63,962 nucleotides of DNA, filler included, from Piptocephalis cylindrospora (GCA_003614145.1; 7 parts of 7 records of this genome joined end to end with filler, not necessarily neighbours in it); one strand, 5' to 3'; shown: positions 27,772 to 40,828, counted from the whole stretch's first letter. Numbers and translations are program-made. Notes: generated by a model not told the origin, from the sequence alone.

Positions 27772-29056
27772 CCCTTGGATGTCGTGATGGGGTTCAGGGA
27801 AAGGGACGAGATTGCGCTTCCAAGGTCTCGGACTGGGCTGGAATGGGGGGGACAGGGTAGATTGTTTGGATGTGCCTTTTTCCAAGGATGGAGAAAACCC
27901 CCGAAGAGATGAGCCCTTGGAAAGGGAGGAAAGTGATGGGGATGAGCTGTAATTTTGTGCATCAGTGGATCCCCGAGCAGAGCGAAGGGACGAAAGTGAG
28001 GGTCCAGAGGCATTACTCCTAAAGGCTGATAGCGATCCAGCTGTTTTAGAAGTATTACTCTTGAAGGATGTTAAGGATCCAGAGGACTGAGAGGTATTGT
28101 TCTTAAATGTTGACAAGGATCCAGATGGGTTGGAGGTGGCTTGTAAGCCAGAGTTTACAATGGACGAAATCGGGACTCCTTCTCGAGGTCCTCGGCCATT
28201 GGCTTGGGGAGAAAGACCTTGCCTCCCCTTCACTCCTCTCACCTGACTACCTCGTTCTAAGTTGTACTCACCTGAATAAAGACGGACGATGGTAGGTGGG
28301 GAAAAGGGGATTCAGAACATGGTTAGTAATTCAAAAATGTTCAGTATACCACAAGTCACAAATTCAAGTCATCCGCCTACCTTTTGACGAGTGTTTACCT
28401 GTAGAGAAATAAATAGTGTTTTTGGAGGAAGCAATGAGTTCAAGTATGGACAGGTCGTGTAATCCTGTATTCCAAGTTACCCAGGTAGCTTACCAGGATC
28501 GGTCGCCTTTTTCTCGGCTACTCGGGCATTTTCTTGCTTTGCTTTCTGTTCTGCTCGATCCACAACATAGTGAAGAGGGAAGCAAGGGCATGTAGGCATG
28601 GTCAATTAAAGGTAGAACGGCTCACCCATCTCATAGACTCATCCTACCCAGTAACCAATTAACGCTCTTGGGTACGTCAAAGTAGTAGTGCCACACTGTC
28701 TCCCGAATATCCTTTTCCGAGACTCCCGCAGTTTCCCCCAGAATGGAAATGACTTCAGCACAGGCTGCATCATATTGGGCTAGTTCCCATCCCTCCAGGA
28801 ATGATTAGTATCGGGGCACGACGATTATAGGCATAGGGAGGCCTCAATGGTAGCCTCTCCATCATGATATTTCAGTGCCTACCTTGTGCCTCTTCATCCA
28901 ATTCCTCCTCCTCAACATACTCGTCCTCATCGTACATATCTTACCGACGTGGGTGGTGGAGTTCAGTATCGATCCTATCAGGCTTCCCCACTGTGTATTC
29001 AGAACCAGTCACTCACCTTCAGCAGCCATGTTGCGAACGAGACGATGTCGTGACAT
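27772..29056 (-). CDS. HBS1: HBS1/SKI7-family gene, 5' part (HBS1 N-terminal domain plus Ser-rich exon); GTPase domain lost at contig end
   Basis: Manually spliced: MSRHRLVRNMAAE / MYDEDEYVEEEELDEEAQ / QYDAACAEVISILGETAGVSEKDIRETVWHYYFDVPKSVNWLL / EQKAKQENARVAEKKATDP / GKHSSK / Ser-rich exon. MSRHR..R and WHYYFDV are HBS1_N hallmarks. Confidence 0.82.
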
Positions 29057-29478
29057 GATGGGGAAAACGTCTTCTGGGCGGAAAGGGTATAAAATCAAAT
29101 AAGGATGTCTGGTGAAAGGAGGAAAAGAAAGATGTACGCGAAGAGGCAAGGTACTCCAGCTGGAATCCTGGTTCAGGACACAGGAACGTCATATAGAGGC
29201 CCCACACAGGGGGAAAGTTTAGGGGGTATCTCCGTGTGTGCTGCCAGCATAAAAGTTGTTCATATTGAAGTGGGCGGTGTTGCCCGAAAGGTGGGAACAG
29301 TGGGTGAGAATGATAAATTACACCCCTCATCCTTCCTTCAGTTCCAATATTTTGTTATTATTATTATGACTCTTTTTGGGAATATGAAATAATCAACCAA
29401 CGATCCTGCTCCGGAAGATCATATACAGGGTGATGGAGGGAACTAATGAGGCGGGGCTGCTGTTCTTGCTGGCTCTCC

Positions 29479-32218
29479 CTAGACTTTCGTCTCATCTCTA
29501 CCGGATGATTCCCCTTCCCCTGTCTTGTCTGTCTCCGTCGCGCCAGATTCATTTGGCACAGCAACTGCTTGAACCTCCTTATCCTCGTCTGTTGCCTCGA
29601 CCTCCATATTTTTGTCGCTACCTTTCACTTCTATCTCATTCTCATTACTTACTGCCTTCGTATCAGCTTCCTGAACTTCAACTTCTTGCTTCTTCTTGAA
29701 TCCTTCCGCTTCCTTTAGGTCCTCCTCAGCCTTGCGCTTCTTTCCAGTTGATTCTTTGGCAATTTGCTCTTGATGCATCTCTAAAAGGGCCTTGGCGGCA
29801 ATTTCAATCCCCCAGATGTCCCCATGGCACACCATACTTGGGGTTAAGGTGTTCAAAGAGGCCTGCACGGCCATTCGAGTGCACTTCCAGGTAGAAAGGC
29901 TTAGTTCCTACATGCCATCGACGTAGCCAAAATATGACGAGATGTGAGCGCTGTGCGACAATACTCCTTGAGTCAAGCAATCAACTTACCCGATTTTTTT
30001 CCTCATCCAATCCTTCCCGAGCCCAGGGAAAGACCGATAGGGTCCCAGGAGTGGGTCTCTTAGGGGGAAGAGTAGGTGCAGAGGGAGTGGTGGGGGTGGA
30101 CGGAACAGAGGGAGAAATGATGCTCTTTGCTTTACTCTCCACTCCACTACCTGTCTCAGCAATCATCTCCTCATCCTTAGCCTCTTCCTTGGGAGTGTTC
30201 GGCTTGGTATCCTTTTCATCCGCTACATCATTCGGCTCCTTGGCCTCTTTCATGGGTGGAGCTTCTGTTTTTTTACTCTCCTCCATCGTTGCATCCTCAG
30301 GCACATGGTCATCCCTACCTCCTTCAAAAGGGGCCAGACGCTCCACAACCCGATCAGGGCGGGTAAATTGACGCTTGTGCTCCAAGATTAAGGATTCCAG
30401 GGCAGGCTCCGCACTCCTATCCACATGCTCCCGGTACAGGGCATCAGTCATGGTGATCTTGTGTAGACGGTACGGTTTCATCATCGGCGGGAGGCGTCGC
30501 TATATAAGAAAAGGGTGAGAGGGAGATAGAGATGAGCATACGGGGTTTATGATGCCCCCCAAGAACACACGTACCTTTAGGCCGCCGATTAGCTTCCGAG
30601 CACCGGATCCAGCAGTGAGGTCCATATCATTGGGTGGGCTTCGGGAGGGGCAACCTTGATTCTTCCATGTAGACCACTGAAGCTCACTGCGCATGACAAT
30701 ACGAGCAGCTTGCTCCAATTCGGACTCGTGGGGCTTCTGTCGCCACAGCAGATCCCGAACGCGTTTCTGCATTCTCCAAGCCCAGTCTCCTTCATCATTG
30801 GTGAGAACATACTCAATCCTTCCCATGCGCTTGACAGCGAACCCCTGTCGATCACGTCGTTCAGCATTGTCGTGCGATGATGCTACCGTGAGGGAGATGT
30901 AAAGCTGGACCATGCACTGCCGACGAAACCTGGGGTCCCGTAGCTCCAGAGGAAGAAGCTGCTTGGCAGTGAGATACTTTGGGAAGTACCCATCCTCTAC
31001 TGAGGCGGGCTGGGGCAGAGGCTGAGGAAAAATGCGCTTTTCAGCTTCTACCCGTTGGATATCCTCAAAACGCCTTACCACCACCTCCACCTCCTAGAGA
31101 ATGCGTGACGAAAAAAAAGGATGAGTGAGTGGTTCAAGTGGCAGGCAAGGGCCACGGCTCATAACAGCAGTATTTACAATCATAAACTGAGGGAATGCCT
31201 CAGCGGAGAGGGCCATGGCAGGGTTACGTAGCCGTTCTTGAAGTTTCCAAAAGGTCTGGTAAAAGGTATCAGCAGACGACTTAAGGTTCTGTTCCTTGGG
31301 TGAGGTTTTGGATGAATCACCCTTATCCTCTTTGCCCTCCTGACCATTCCCAGATCCTTGGCCCTCCTCCTTGGCGCTCTCCTCCCAGGAAAGGTCATTG
31401 GAGAGATTGACCTTTCCAAGATTGTTTAGCCCGCTCAGTTCCTCCAAAGGAAAAATACGAGCAAGAAAGAGATGGATACGGCCACGAAAATCGGATTCAG
31501 TGGCCTTACTGAGTCGACGAAGGAGTTCATTACCAATGCGGATGAGCTCGGTGGCCCGGCCTAGGCGGCCGACGATCATCCCTTGGGTCAGCTTGCTCGC
31601 CCGGGATTCCATGTAGGAAAATAGCCTGGAGCAGTCAGTGATGGTAAGGATGGAGAGGAGGGAGAGGAGAAGGCGGTGGGGCAGGGTCTTTCCGTTTGGA
31701 TTCAGGTCCGCATCACACAGATCAAGATCTACGAGGATGATAGCCAGGTCCAGTAAATGATATAGAGAAGAAATGGCTTTTCCTTTTTCCTATACATGGG
31801 ACCAAATGGGAAGAAGGTGTCAGTGATGATCCGCTACCTTGCTTGGCGCCTACGTCCTCGAACCACCGGATGTATAGAGAGATCAGGTCATCTTGGCACG
31901 TACCACAAGGCCTGTTAAAATGTTCTCAATGGCAAGAGCCAGGGTGGGCCCAGTAAAAGCAGACGACTCCAATTTCTCCAGTGCCTGGGTGTATACTGGA
32001 CGAATCATGGTGTTTGTTTTTTCCGTGATGGTCTCCCAATCCGGGGAGCTGATGGCAATATCTTGCTCTGAAGCAGCATCCACACTTTCCAGATAATCTA
32101 GGGATGCTTTAGTAAAGATATCTAATGCCCAAGCAATGGTTCCTGGAGCAGGGGGAGGAGATGATGAGGTAGGTAGTGCCTGGGATGCCGTCATAGCAAT
32201 TGCCTCCTTGTCGCTCAT
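29479..32218 (-). CDS. THOC1: THO complex subunit 1 (Hpr1), multi-exon
   Basis: YMESR, RIGNELLRRLSK..FRGRIHLFLARIFPLEELSGLN, FYQTFWKLQ, YFPKYLT..LLPLELRDPRFRRQ, ELQWSTWKNQGC. Confidence 0.9.
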
Positions 32219-32652
32219 ATTGGGACAATGAAAAAAGGTGATGAAACGAGATGCGTGAGAGATAGAAGGAAAAGGATGCTTGAGACAAAATCTCACTTTA
32301 GATGGCAAAGGAGAGTATAAAGGGAGGAGGAGGAAAGAAAGAGGTGGGATAGTGCGACCGAAAACCCCAGCTCCATGAGGCTTTGTTGATAGTTGTGTGC
32401 ACCTTTTCGGTTTGCGCCAGTGTGCTGCTGTCCCAAAGCGCACACTAGGTGGAGGGAAAGGTGATAAATTTAGCCCCATCTTTGCTCACACATGAGCACA
32501 CTCGGAGAAGCCTGTCTCCCCGCTGAAGGAAGGGAATGGGATAGAATGACTACGATCAAGCCTACTTCTCTTCACCGCACCATTCTTCACCCATTTTGGC
32601 CTCTCCCCCCCTTCCCATCAGGCCCCCTTCTCCTGGTCGATAAAAGTATAAG

Positions 32653-34126
32653 ATGCAATCCTTACTCCGGGAGGAACAGTACGTGATCCTTGAGCTGGGA
32701 TCCTATACCATTCGTGCACACAAGGGTGTCCAGGATCTCCTTGGTCGATCAGCCAGCTTGACCGTAAGTCATTCAAGATCCAGGACTTTGCATAGAAACG
32801 GGGACTAGAGAATTTGCTTATTCTTACTTGCCCCCTCCCCCTTATAGTCATTCCCGGCTAGGTATGTCAAGCCCCCACCGAATCGGTCAGAGGAGGAGTC
32901 CGCGGAGGAATTTAAAGAGCTGGAGGAAGAGGGACTGTTGCTTGGATCAGCGCTTTTGGGAGCAGAGGAGGGAGGAGCTACCTGGGACAACTCACGGCTT
33001 GTTCAACCCATCCAACGAGGCCGCATCGTCGACTGGGAAGGTCTAGAGGAATTGTTAAAGCACGTGATTGTCCATATTCTACGCGTTCCCACCGCCCGTA
33101 ACTCCTCCCCCCTGCTCCTTGCCATCCCAGAGACCACATCCTTGTCAGACCGGGAGAAGTTAGCGCAAGTGGCCTTTGAGAAGCTCAATACTCCTGCCCT
33201 CCTACTCATCGAACAGCCCATGTGTGCCCTCTACGGGGTAAACACTATGTCGGGCTTGGTGGTGGATATTGGGCATGAAACCATTCATATTGTCCCGATT
33301 CTGGACACGGCTGTCCAGGCCCAAGCTGCCATTGAGCTTCCATTGGGTGGTCGAGACCTCGAGGAATGTTTCTTGGATAAAATCAGGGCTAACCCAAGCT
33401 TTCAAGATGGCTTAGGAGACACTAAGTTGGATCAAGCCTTTGTACGGGCCCTCAAGGAATCAGGTCATTGCTCTATTCTGCCCCCAGGTAAACAATCCAA
33501 TACTGACAAAAAATCGTCAGATGAGACATTCGAGTACAATGGCCAAACGGTATGGGTTTATCTAGATTGCACGCGCTTCTCTCCATTCACTTACGCCTTC
33601 TCCATCTCCGCAGATCACGCTCAACCGCTTAAGACATCAAATGGCTGAGCCTCTCTTTGACCCTCTGGGGCATGGCCTGAAAGCCATTCCAGGATTGGCC
33701 CAGGCCGTTCACTTATCCCTTTCCTACCTTGACCCGGAGCGAAGGGCGTTGCTTCGGGAACGAGTGCTTCTCACCGGAGGTGCCTCGCAGTTCCCTGGCT
33801 TGGCTGATAGGCTTGAACGAGATCTACGTGGACTAGTCCCGACACCAGAATCAGGGGAACGAGTAGAAAGTATCGTGTACTCGGAGATTCCCCGATGCTT
33901 TCGGGACTGGCGAGAGGATCCTCAGTGTCCAGCTCTCCTAGGAGGCTCCATTCTCGCCAAGGTAAGAGAATAGGTAGGGTAATATGAAAAGTATATAAAC
34001 ACCTAACTCCCCCTCCCGTATGGATAATATTAATAGGTGGCATTTGGAGATGTGCGGAATTACATCAGCAAGGCAGACTACAATGAACATGGCCCAGCCA
34101 TTGTCAGGACTAAGGGGAGTGGATGA
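32653..34126 (+). CDS. ARP9: Actin-related protein, Arp9-like (SWI/SNF-RSC)
   Basis: MQSLLREEQYVILELGS, PIQRGRIVDWEG, QVAFEKLNTPA, GLVVDIGHE, VLLTGGASQFPG, LGGSILAK, ISKADYNEHGP. Subfamily assignment is inferred. Confidence 0.78.
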
Positions 34127-34254
34127 GCCTTTGGGTACATTGGAAATGAGGGAGATATGGGGGAAGGGAGATAAAGAAGTGAAGTAAAATGGAAAGGTCT
34201 GTCCCATACCAGTTTGCGTAAGAGATATTAGCATATAAGATGGGCTTGAAAGCC

Positions 34255-36081
34255 CTAGGACCAATCATCATCATCTTGATCTAGAGAGGGATCGGGAATA
34301 GTGGTGGGAGCAGCGGATCGCCTTTGCCGGCTGCGTGGCCCTGCCGTGGTTCTTGGAGCGGCAGGAGAATCCGTCGAGTAGGGAGAGGGTGGGATTGGGG
34401 GCTCAAAAAGATACATATCTCCATCGCTTCCAGCAAGGACCATTTGCTCCCGTCCAGGCCTCCAGGCCAAAGCGGATATGGGTCGCATAACCGGACCAAG
34501 GGGAGGCCGGATAGCCTTTCCCGTATGAACATCAAAGATGTGGATCGTAGTGTCTCCAGAGGGATGAACCAGTATAGGGTTATTCCCCAAAATCCGAGGT
34601 ATGTTAATGGGTAACCTTCGCTTTGTACGGTTGGTCATGGTGGCTTGATATGTAATCTATGGGACAATTCCACGAAATGACAATAGCACTGGGTGAGATG
34701 AAATGAAGAGGGGAATAAAAGGAGATGACCTACCATACAGTTCTTCCCGGTGGACATATCCCACAACCTGGGACATGCATCATCCCCCGTACTAACAAGG
34801 CGGTCCCCGGATGGGGTAAAGGCCAAACCATTGACGATTCCATCGTGTGCTCTTTGAAACTCCTCGCTAGGTGGGTCATCTTGGTCAATGGGAAAGGGTG
34901 AGCTTTGGATGAATCGTCAAGTTAACCCATATCTTGCGCAACAAGCCATTTCCCATCCATCATCCCCCTCATTTGTACCATTCACTTGCCCAATTACCTA
35001 ATGGAGCATCCTTAGATAGAGACATGAGCTTCGATCGAGCACTACGTACATCCCAAAGCAGGACTGATCCGTCCAGGCCTCCGGAGGCAAGGATATACTC
35101 GTCTCTTGGAGACCACTCTACCGCGAGAATAGCATCTTTGTGCCCTATGGTCGTAATCGAGGATAATGATGGGTACAAGAGACATACAAGTAATCCATGG
35201 TATTACATCAATGAAAGTACCTTTGAGGATCTGGGCCGTAGAGCGAATTCGTGCGTCGCATAGTCTAAGGTAATGACTTTGTGTTCCACCTGCATTAGGG
35301 AGGACGGAAGTTAAGCTTGGGTATGAGAAATCAAGAAGAAAATGGACGACCGTACATGCAATGAGAGTATGAGTGGCCAAGGGGCTCACAGAAACGCTAT
35401 AGACCCTATCTTTGATTCGAAATACTCTAGATGGCTATGATAAATGTTTAGGAGGGTGCAAGGGCTATTGTTTGTAAGGCTGGAGCAGAAAACCCCCTCT
35501 AATCCATTCACTTACCTCCATTATCTCCGTGTCCCAGAGGGCAACGGTAGCGTCGTATGATGCAGATAGAAATGCACCAGTATCCTGCGGCCACCAGGTC
35601 AGGGAAGAAATGGCCTTTTCGTGACGAAACCGACTAATGGGAGACAATAGAGATGAATGAGTACGAAAGTATAGGCCTTGGGTGTATCAAAGGTGTTATC
35701 CTACCTTGCCGAGCTCTGAATCGGTAGTAGCTGCTGTTCGGACAATGGAGCCCCTGAATCGGATTCGTTCGTGTCTAGATCGAATAAGCAGACATGCGTT
35801 GTTCCTTGAAGAAGGCTTGGAGGAGGAGGGGAAAATGAGGTGGGATGAGGGCAGCCAGATAAGAAGGGCTCCTCTTCTCAAGTGCACTTCTAACCGTACA
35901 ATCTACCCTCTACTGCATCCAGTGCCAAGGCCAAGATAGGCGCTCGGAGCGCAGGGAAACGGAGCCTTCTGGAGGGACCCATGTGCTTGACCCTTTCAAG
36001 CTGGGATCTGTCAAGAAAGGTTGATTCCGCGTGTCTTCCTTGTCGCTCTCGTTGGGTTAGCCAGGCGACGCAAGAGGTCAT
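34255..36081 (-). CDS. ERCC8: WD40 protein ERCC8/CSA (Rad28)-like, multi-exon
   Basis: LDAVEGRFLL, HEKAISSLTWWPQDTGAFLSASYD, SPLATHTLIA, LRLCD, GHKDAILAVEWSPRDEYILASGGLDG, AHDGIVNGLAFT. Confidence 0.88.
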
Positions 36082-36623
36082 ATTTAATGATAATATAAAA
36101 AGCGAGATGGATATGGGAATGAGGAAGAGCAGAGGATGGAAATACAGGGGAAAGCGGAATTGTATTTTACTGGCTTGTCGCAGAGCGTAAAATATGATGA
36201 ATGTAAGACTTAAGGCGCACCTTGGGAAGGAATTCACAACAAACACCGCTCCTAAGTCCTGACGTCAGGGCAGTTGGTGCGGACGCCGTGTGATCGGTCG
36301 GAGCCCATTGCCTTTACCGCGATCATCTCCAATTAGAGTACGTCGCACCATCGATATCTCTCCCCCGCAGGAGGCGAATATGACATACTCTTTATCATCC
36401 GGGACATGGCTCTCCTGCTTGGGATGTGCTTACTGAATAATAAGACTAACCAAAAAGGGGGAGATGTGCAGCATCTCCCCTGAACCCCACTCAAAAAGCA
36501 TTCTGTGTAAATGCCTCAATGTAACTCGACACATATTATACGTCGTTACTGGTCTGGCCCTGTAGATTTTATCTTTACTTCCTTTCATCCTCCCTTACCC
36601 ATGCATCATCTCCCAGCCACACC

Positions 36624-36899
36624 TCATTTATAAATTCCCAGCATAACAGTGCTGCAACACTCCTCATCTTTCTCTTTATCGCCAAGCACATCCTCCAAAC
36701 CCCCACCGTCAAAGTAACGGATAGCCCGGTCGAGAAAGGTGGTGTTTTGCGTCGCCAGATACATCCATGTAGAGGCCCAGGCCAAGTCATCCATGTACCC
36801 GCTAGAATCGTAGGACCCACGAACCCCCATGTAGGGTCCAGGGGGAAGATTCTGTATCTGATCATGTATTGCTTGTTGATAAATACCTGGGTGTACACT
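36624..36899 (-). CDS. Glycoside hydrolase family 9-like fragment (5' truncated by linker, ends prematurely)
   Basis: GIYQQAI...YDSSGYMDDLAWASTWMYLATQNTTFLDRA matches the GH9 Y.SS.Y.DEL.WAA.WLY.AT....L..A segment. Confidence 0.6.
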   Translation of the reverse strand, partial: SVHPGIYQQAIHDQIQNLPPGPYMGVRGSYDSSGYMDDLAWASTWMYLATQNTTFLDRAIRYFDGGGLEDVLGDKEKDEECCSTVMLGIYK

Positions 36900-36999
36900 N
36901 NNNNNNNNNNNNNNNNNNNNNNNNNNNNNNNNNNNNNNNNNNNTTAATTAATTAANNNNNNNNNNNNNNNNNNNNNNNNNNNNNNNNNNNNNNNNNNNN
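36900..36999. other. Assembly linker
   Basis: N/TTAATTAATTAA/N spacer. Confidence 0.97.
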
Positions 37000-37715
37000 C
37001 ATTGTCCGTCATCAATATGGACGCGATATCCTCGATCCTCAAGATCTTCCCTTCCATCCTCTTCCTTCTCTCCTGCAGTCGATCTCCACTTTTCTAGCGG
37101 GGACGAGGAGAAGAAATCTCGTCATCCTGGGGCAGATAGCGAAGATCAAAAAAATCATCCACATCCCCAACCCCTCTCTATCTTTACCTCCCTCTCCGCC
37201 TCTTCGCTTCCATCAGCTAATGGGTCCAACTCCGGCCCCTATCCTTCCGCCATCCCCATGACGCCATCCAGAAAGTCGGGGGATATGCGCTAAAGGGCTA
37301 CTCACCATATCAACCGCGCCCTTACCCTGTCCTCCTCCTTAAAAATTGGCTCGTCATATGGGCAATGCTGGAGAGGGGGAGAGAAGGGATGGGTCGGAGT
37401 GGGGTGGGGGAATGGGTATAGCAAATTGAATTGGAACACAGCCTCGCTATCTCGGCTGAGCTGAGCATGAAAAAATGTCCATTTCATCGGTATGTACATA
37501 GGGGGATCATTAGATAAAGACAAGAACACGCATTTTTATTGAACAAGCCTCATTTTTAATAGTAATGAAACTAGAAAGCTGATTCAACTCTGCACAATGA
37601 AAGGGATGCTAGTACCGTTGTAAGGTTCTGAGCATTACCTCTCAGCGTGAAGGCTCTCTGGCTTTAGCTGTCAGTACTCATAGCCGGAGGGGTGCTTAGA
37701 ATCGAAGGGTCACTT

Positions 37716-38241
37716 CTAATCAAAGTTCAAGACGATGGATGGCTTACCCGCGTAAACGACCAGAACAGGCTTGGGATTCGTGATGACAGAGCCACAGAGG
37801 CGGGGTGGGGTGGAGTATACCAAGGAACGGTCACGGTGCTTGTCCCCGCTTACCCTGGCAACAATAATACTGTAATAGGGAAGGCCATGAGCATTGTGCC
37901 ACTTGTAAATGCCAAAGTGGGTGTATGAAAGGTCGAACTCGTCTGGAATTAGGCCTGGTTCGGTATAATAGGCATCTATAAGTTGGCCAATTGTCTCATA
38001 CCCTCGTTCGATAGTTTCACCAGCGCTAACACAATTCGTGCAGCCGGAATTGATCAATAGGGTTAAGGTTTCTCCTTCCTCAGGATCGCGAGAACCCTTT
38101 GTTCCATGATCGGCCATGTAGCAAGCGCGGTAGGCAGCAACACGATCTAGCACATCCATGTTCTTGACCTTGGCACGACCTTCGTACTCGCGATGTGCGT
38201 TGAAAACAGAGGTAAACTTGCGAGAATCAAAATTCTTGTAT
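37716..38241 (-). CDS. CAP/SCP-domain-like protein; 5' exon unresolved
   Basis: FNAHREYEGRA.V....LDRVA...A.YMA.HG, AGETIERGY, YTHFGI follow the CAP (SCP) pattern; probable acceptor CCGCAG near 38242. Confidence 0.6.
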
Positions 38242-39806
38242 CCTGCGGGGACTATATCAGCAGGTATGGCGTTTCAGTATACCATGGAGGACGAGAAAAG
38301 GATTATGGTGACGAGGGGAGCGGCCTAGGCGAGGGCTCGGGAAGCGCAGCTACAGGGATGTGATGGGATGAGAGGGGATGGAGCGGGGTGAGATGGTGGG
38401 GAAGGGTGGGTGGGTGATGGAGAAGGTTGGTTTGATGAGAGAAGAGAGGGATGATGGAATGAAAGGAGGCCAAATAGAAGAGGTTATGTAGACATTCGGG
38501 ATAGAGCTCAAATCAGGGAAAATGCATGGGAAGTCAGATCCTTTCCCCATACGAGACAAACGGATGCAACAGAGGGAGCGGGAGAGGAAAACCGGAGCAG
38601 AGGGGATCGAGCGGGGCACCCAAACCTGAAACCCTACGAAAGAGGTGGCTTCGAGAGTGAGAGGAAGGAAGCTCCCGTCTCAGATGACTCCCGTCTTTCC
38701 TCACCTTTCTTGAGGCGCTATTTTTGGCGGTGTTCTTGCCTGACAGCCCCTTTCTCCAACAGGTCATATCCATTCGGTTTCCTAGTTTATGTGTCTATTA
38801 TAGAAGGCCATACTAGGCTGCTCAATACTAAGAATAATGGTAGACCTACCAATAGCAGCAGAAGGAAGTAAATAGCAATGGGGCTGGAAAGCGAGTTCAA
38901 AAGGGTGCACTTGTAGAGGGATGGTTATAAAAATAGGGGGACATAGTAAAACTATGGATATTGAGACTGGTCGGCTTTGAGGGACTGGTACGACGGTCAT
39001 AGGTAGACAACAACCCCACAGGTGAAACGGAAGAATATACTTCATTTGGTTCGTCAGAGCCGGTTTCAAATTTTGGTTCATGCTGTGACAACATTTTCTA
39101 CCAGGAAGAATTAACCGTCAAATGAGTTTGCACGGAGCCAAGAGGAGGCAGAAGGACGACTAGTTGACCAGCTCCGACCAGGCCTTAAAACTTTTTGTGA
39201 CAGCGGCTGGAATAACATGGAACAGACGGAGGTACGAATTGAACACCCCAGCTGATCAATACTCTGAAAAAGGCAAGGGCGGCAAAACGGTCCAGCTATA
39301 ATACGATTCAATTGGAGGAGGTGTTGGGCTCAGGTCTGGATTGTTATACAAAGAAAGCTTTTCTTATAATCCTGAATAGTGAAGTGAGTGAGAAGAGAAT
39401 ATGCACATGTATGGCTAATAATATCAAAATCTCGGAGAAAATGGTCCAGGTATCAGTATGATTGTCAGGTCAGCATAATGGATCGACTGGGCTGTATACT
39501 GGCGAAGATGGGTCATTGTCGTTCCCCCGCCTGCCTCTTCCCGCTTATCCAACAATATCATCATAAATAATGAAAGTATATTAGGGAAAAGCAACCCCCC
39601 CCTTTCCCCCTTTCCCTAAAGCCTTAATCAATCCATCTCGAAGATTTGTAATTTTTCCTCACTATATCATCGCTTCTTCCAAGAAACTCCTAATTGTCCA
39701 ACAATATCATCATCTCAATGAAAAGTCACAGTTCCCGAATTTCCCCAAATTGTGATCTGGATATTTCAATCAATTTCATCCTCACAAACTCTATAGAAAA
39801 AAGGCA

Positions 39807-40828
39807 TCATGTCGTCAATCGCTTCATGGAAGCCCGATCGGCATCCGACCACTCAATAGAGGGGAAGGCCTGCATGACGCGATCAAGAAGGGAGCGGAGG
39901 ACTGGACGATCCGACTTGACGGGAGGTGCGTGACCAAGGAGAATAAGATAGGCGCGGATGGATTGTTCAGCCAGGTCCTCGTCCTCCAGAGCAATGGCCC
40001 TATCTGCCATTCTCAGGAGAATGGGGGGAAAGGAAGCTCGACGAAGGTTGGCAGAGAAGGGGGGGTGTTGGGAGGAGAGATTACGGATGGTGAAGAGGGT
40101 ACGGCGTTGGAGATTGACGAGTCCGCTTTGATCCTTGCTGCTATCGCAAGTAAGGATGGACTGGAAGGCCTTGATTCCACCTAGTTTAATGAAAGTCTCA
40201 AGGAGAGGAGGGGCATTTTGCAGCAGACTGGAGAGACAATACAGAGCCTTGGCCTTGACGGCGACCTCCGAGTCACCCTCAAGGACAGTAACCATATTAT
40301 TAAGTCCACCATGTCGAGTGAAGCATTCCTTGACCTCGGGATGATTCTGCACGGCAGTGCCACACACCCAGGCTGCACCCTTGCGTACTGTAGGTTCCGG
40401 GGAGGTCAGAAGGTCCAGGAGGGGTTCCCACAGTTTGAGCGATTCCAGGTTCTTTGCATTGTCAATTTGACCCACCAACGTTTCCAGATCCTCCAGAGCC
40501 AGTTCCTTTTGTTCGACTGTTGCGAGGTCGCTGGAGGCTACAGCGACGAACTCTGCAGAATGCGGGATGGGAGGAATGAGAGATGGTGTATGAGATGGGA
40601 CGGGAGGTGACTTACCCTTCATCTGTGTAGAATCATCCTTTCCAAGGATAAGGTCAATGACATTAGGGTCCTAAAAGGGGAGAGAGAGTCAGCGGGAAGA
40701 AGGATGGCAAAGCAACCTGCATTCACAGCACGTACCAGCTCCTTGAGCGGTCTAGGGGACGAAGAGGGCTGAGCATCTTCACCTTCAGTGGCCGAGTTGA
40801 GGATAGCCCAGTTGAGAAGGTTGTTCAT
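39807..40828 (-). CDS. FES1: Hsp70 nucleotide exchange factor Fes1/HSPBP1, 3 exons
   Basis: MNNLLNWAILNS, DPNVIDLILG, LEDLETLVGQIDNAKNL, AAWVCGTAVQNHP, KALYCLSSL. Confidence 0.92.

Noticed and set aside
36308..36318. TTGCCTTTACC resembling U5 snRNA loop I
   Set aside because: One U short of GCCUUUUAC, no flanking stem and no Sm site.
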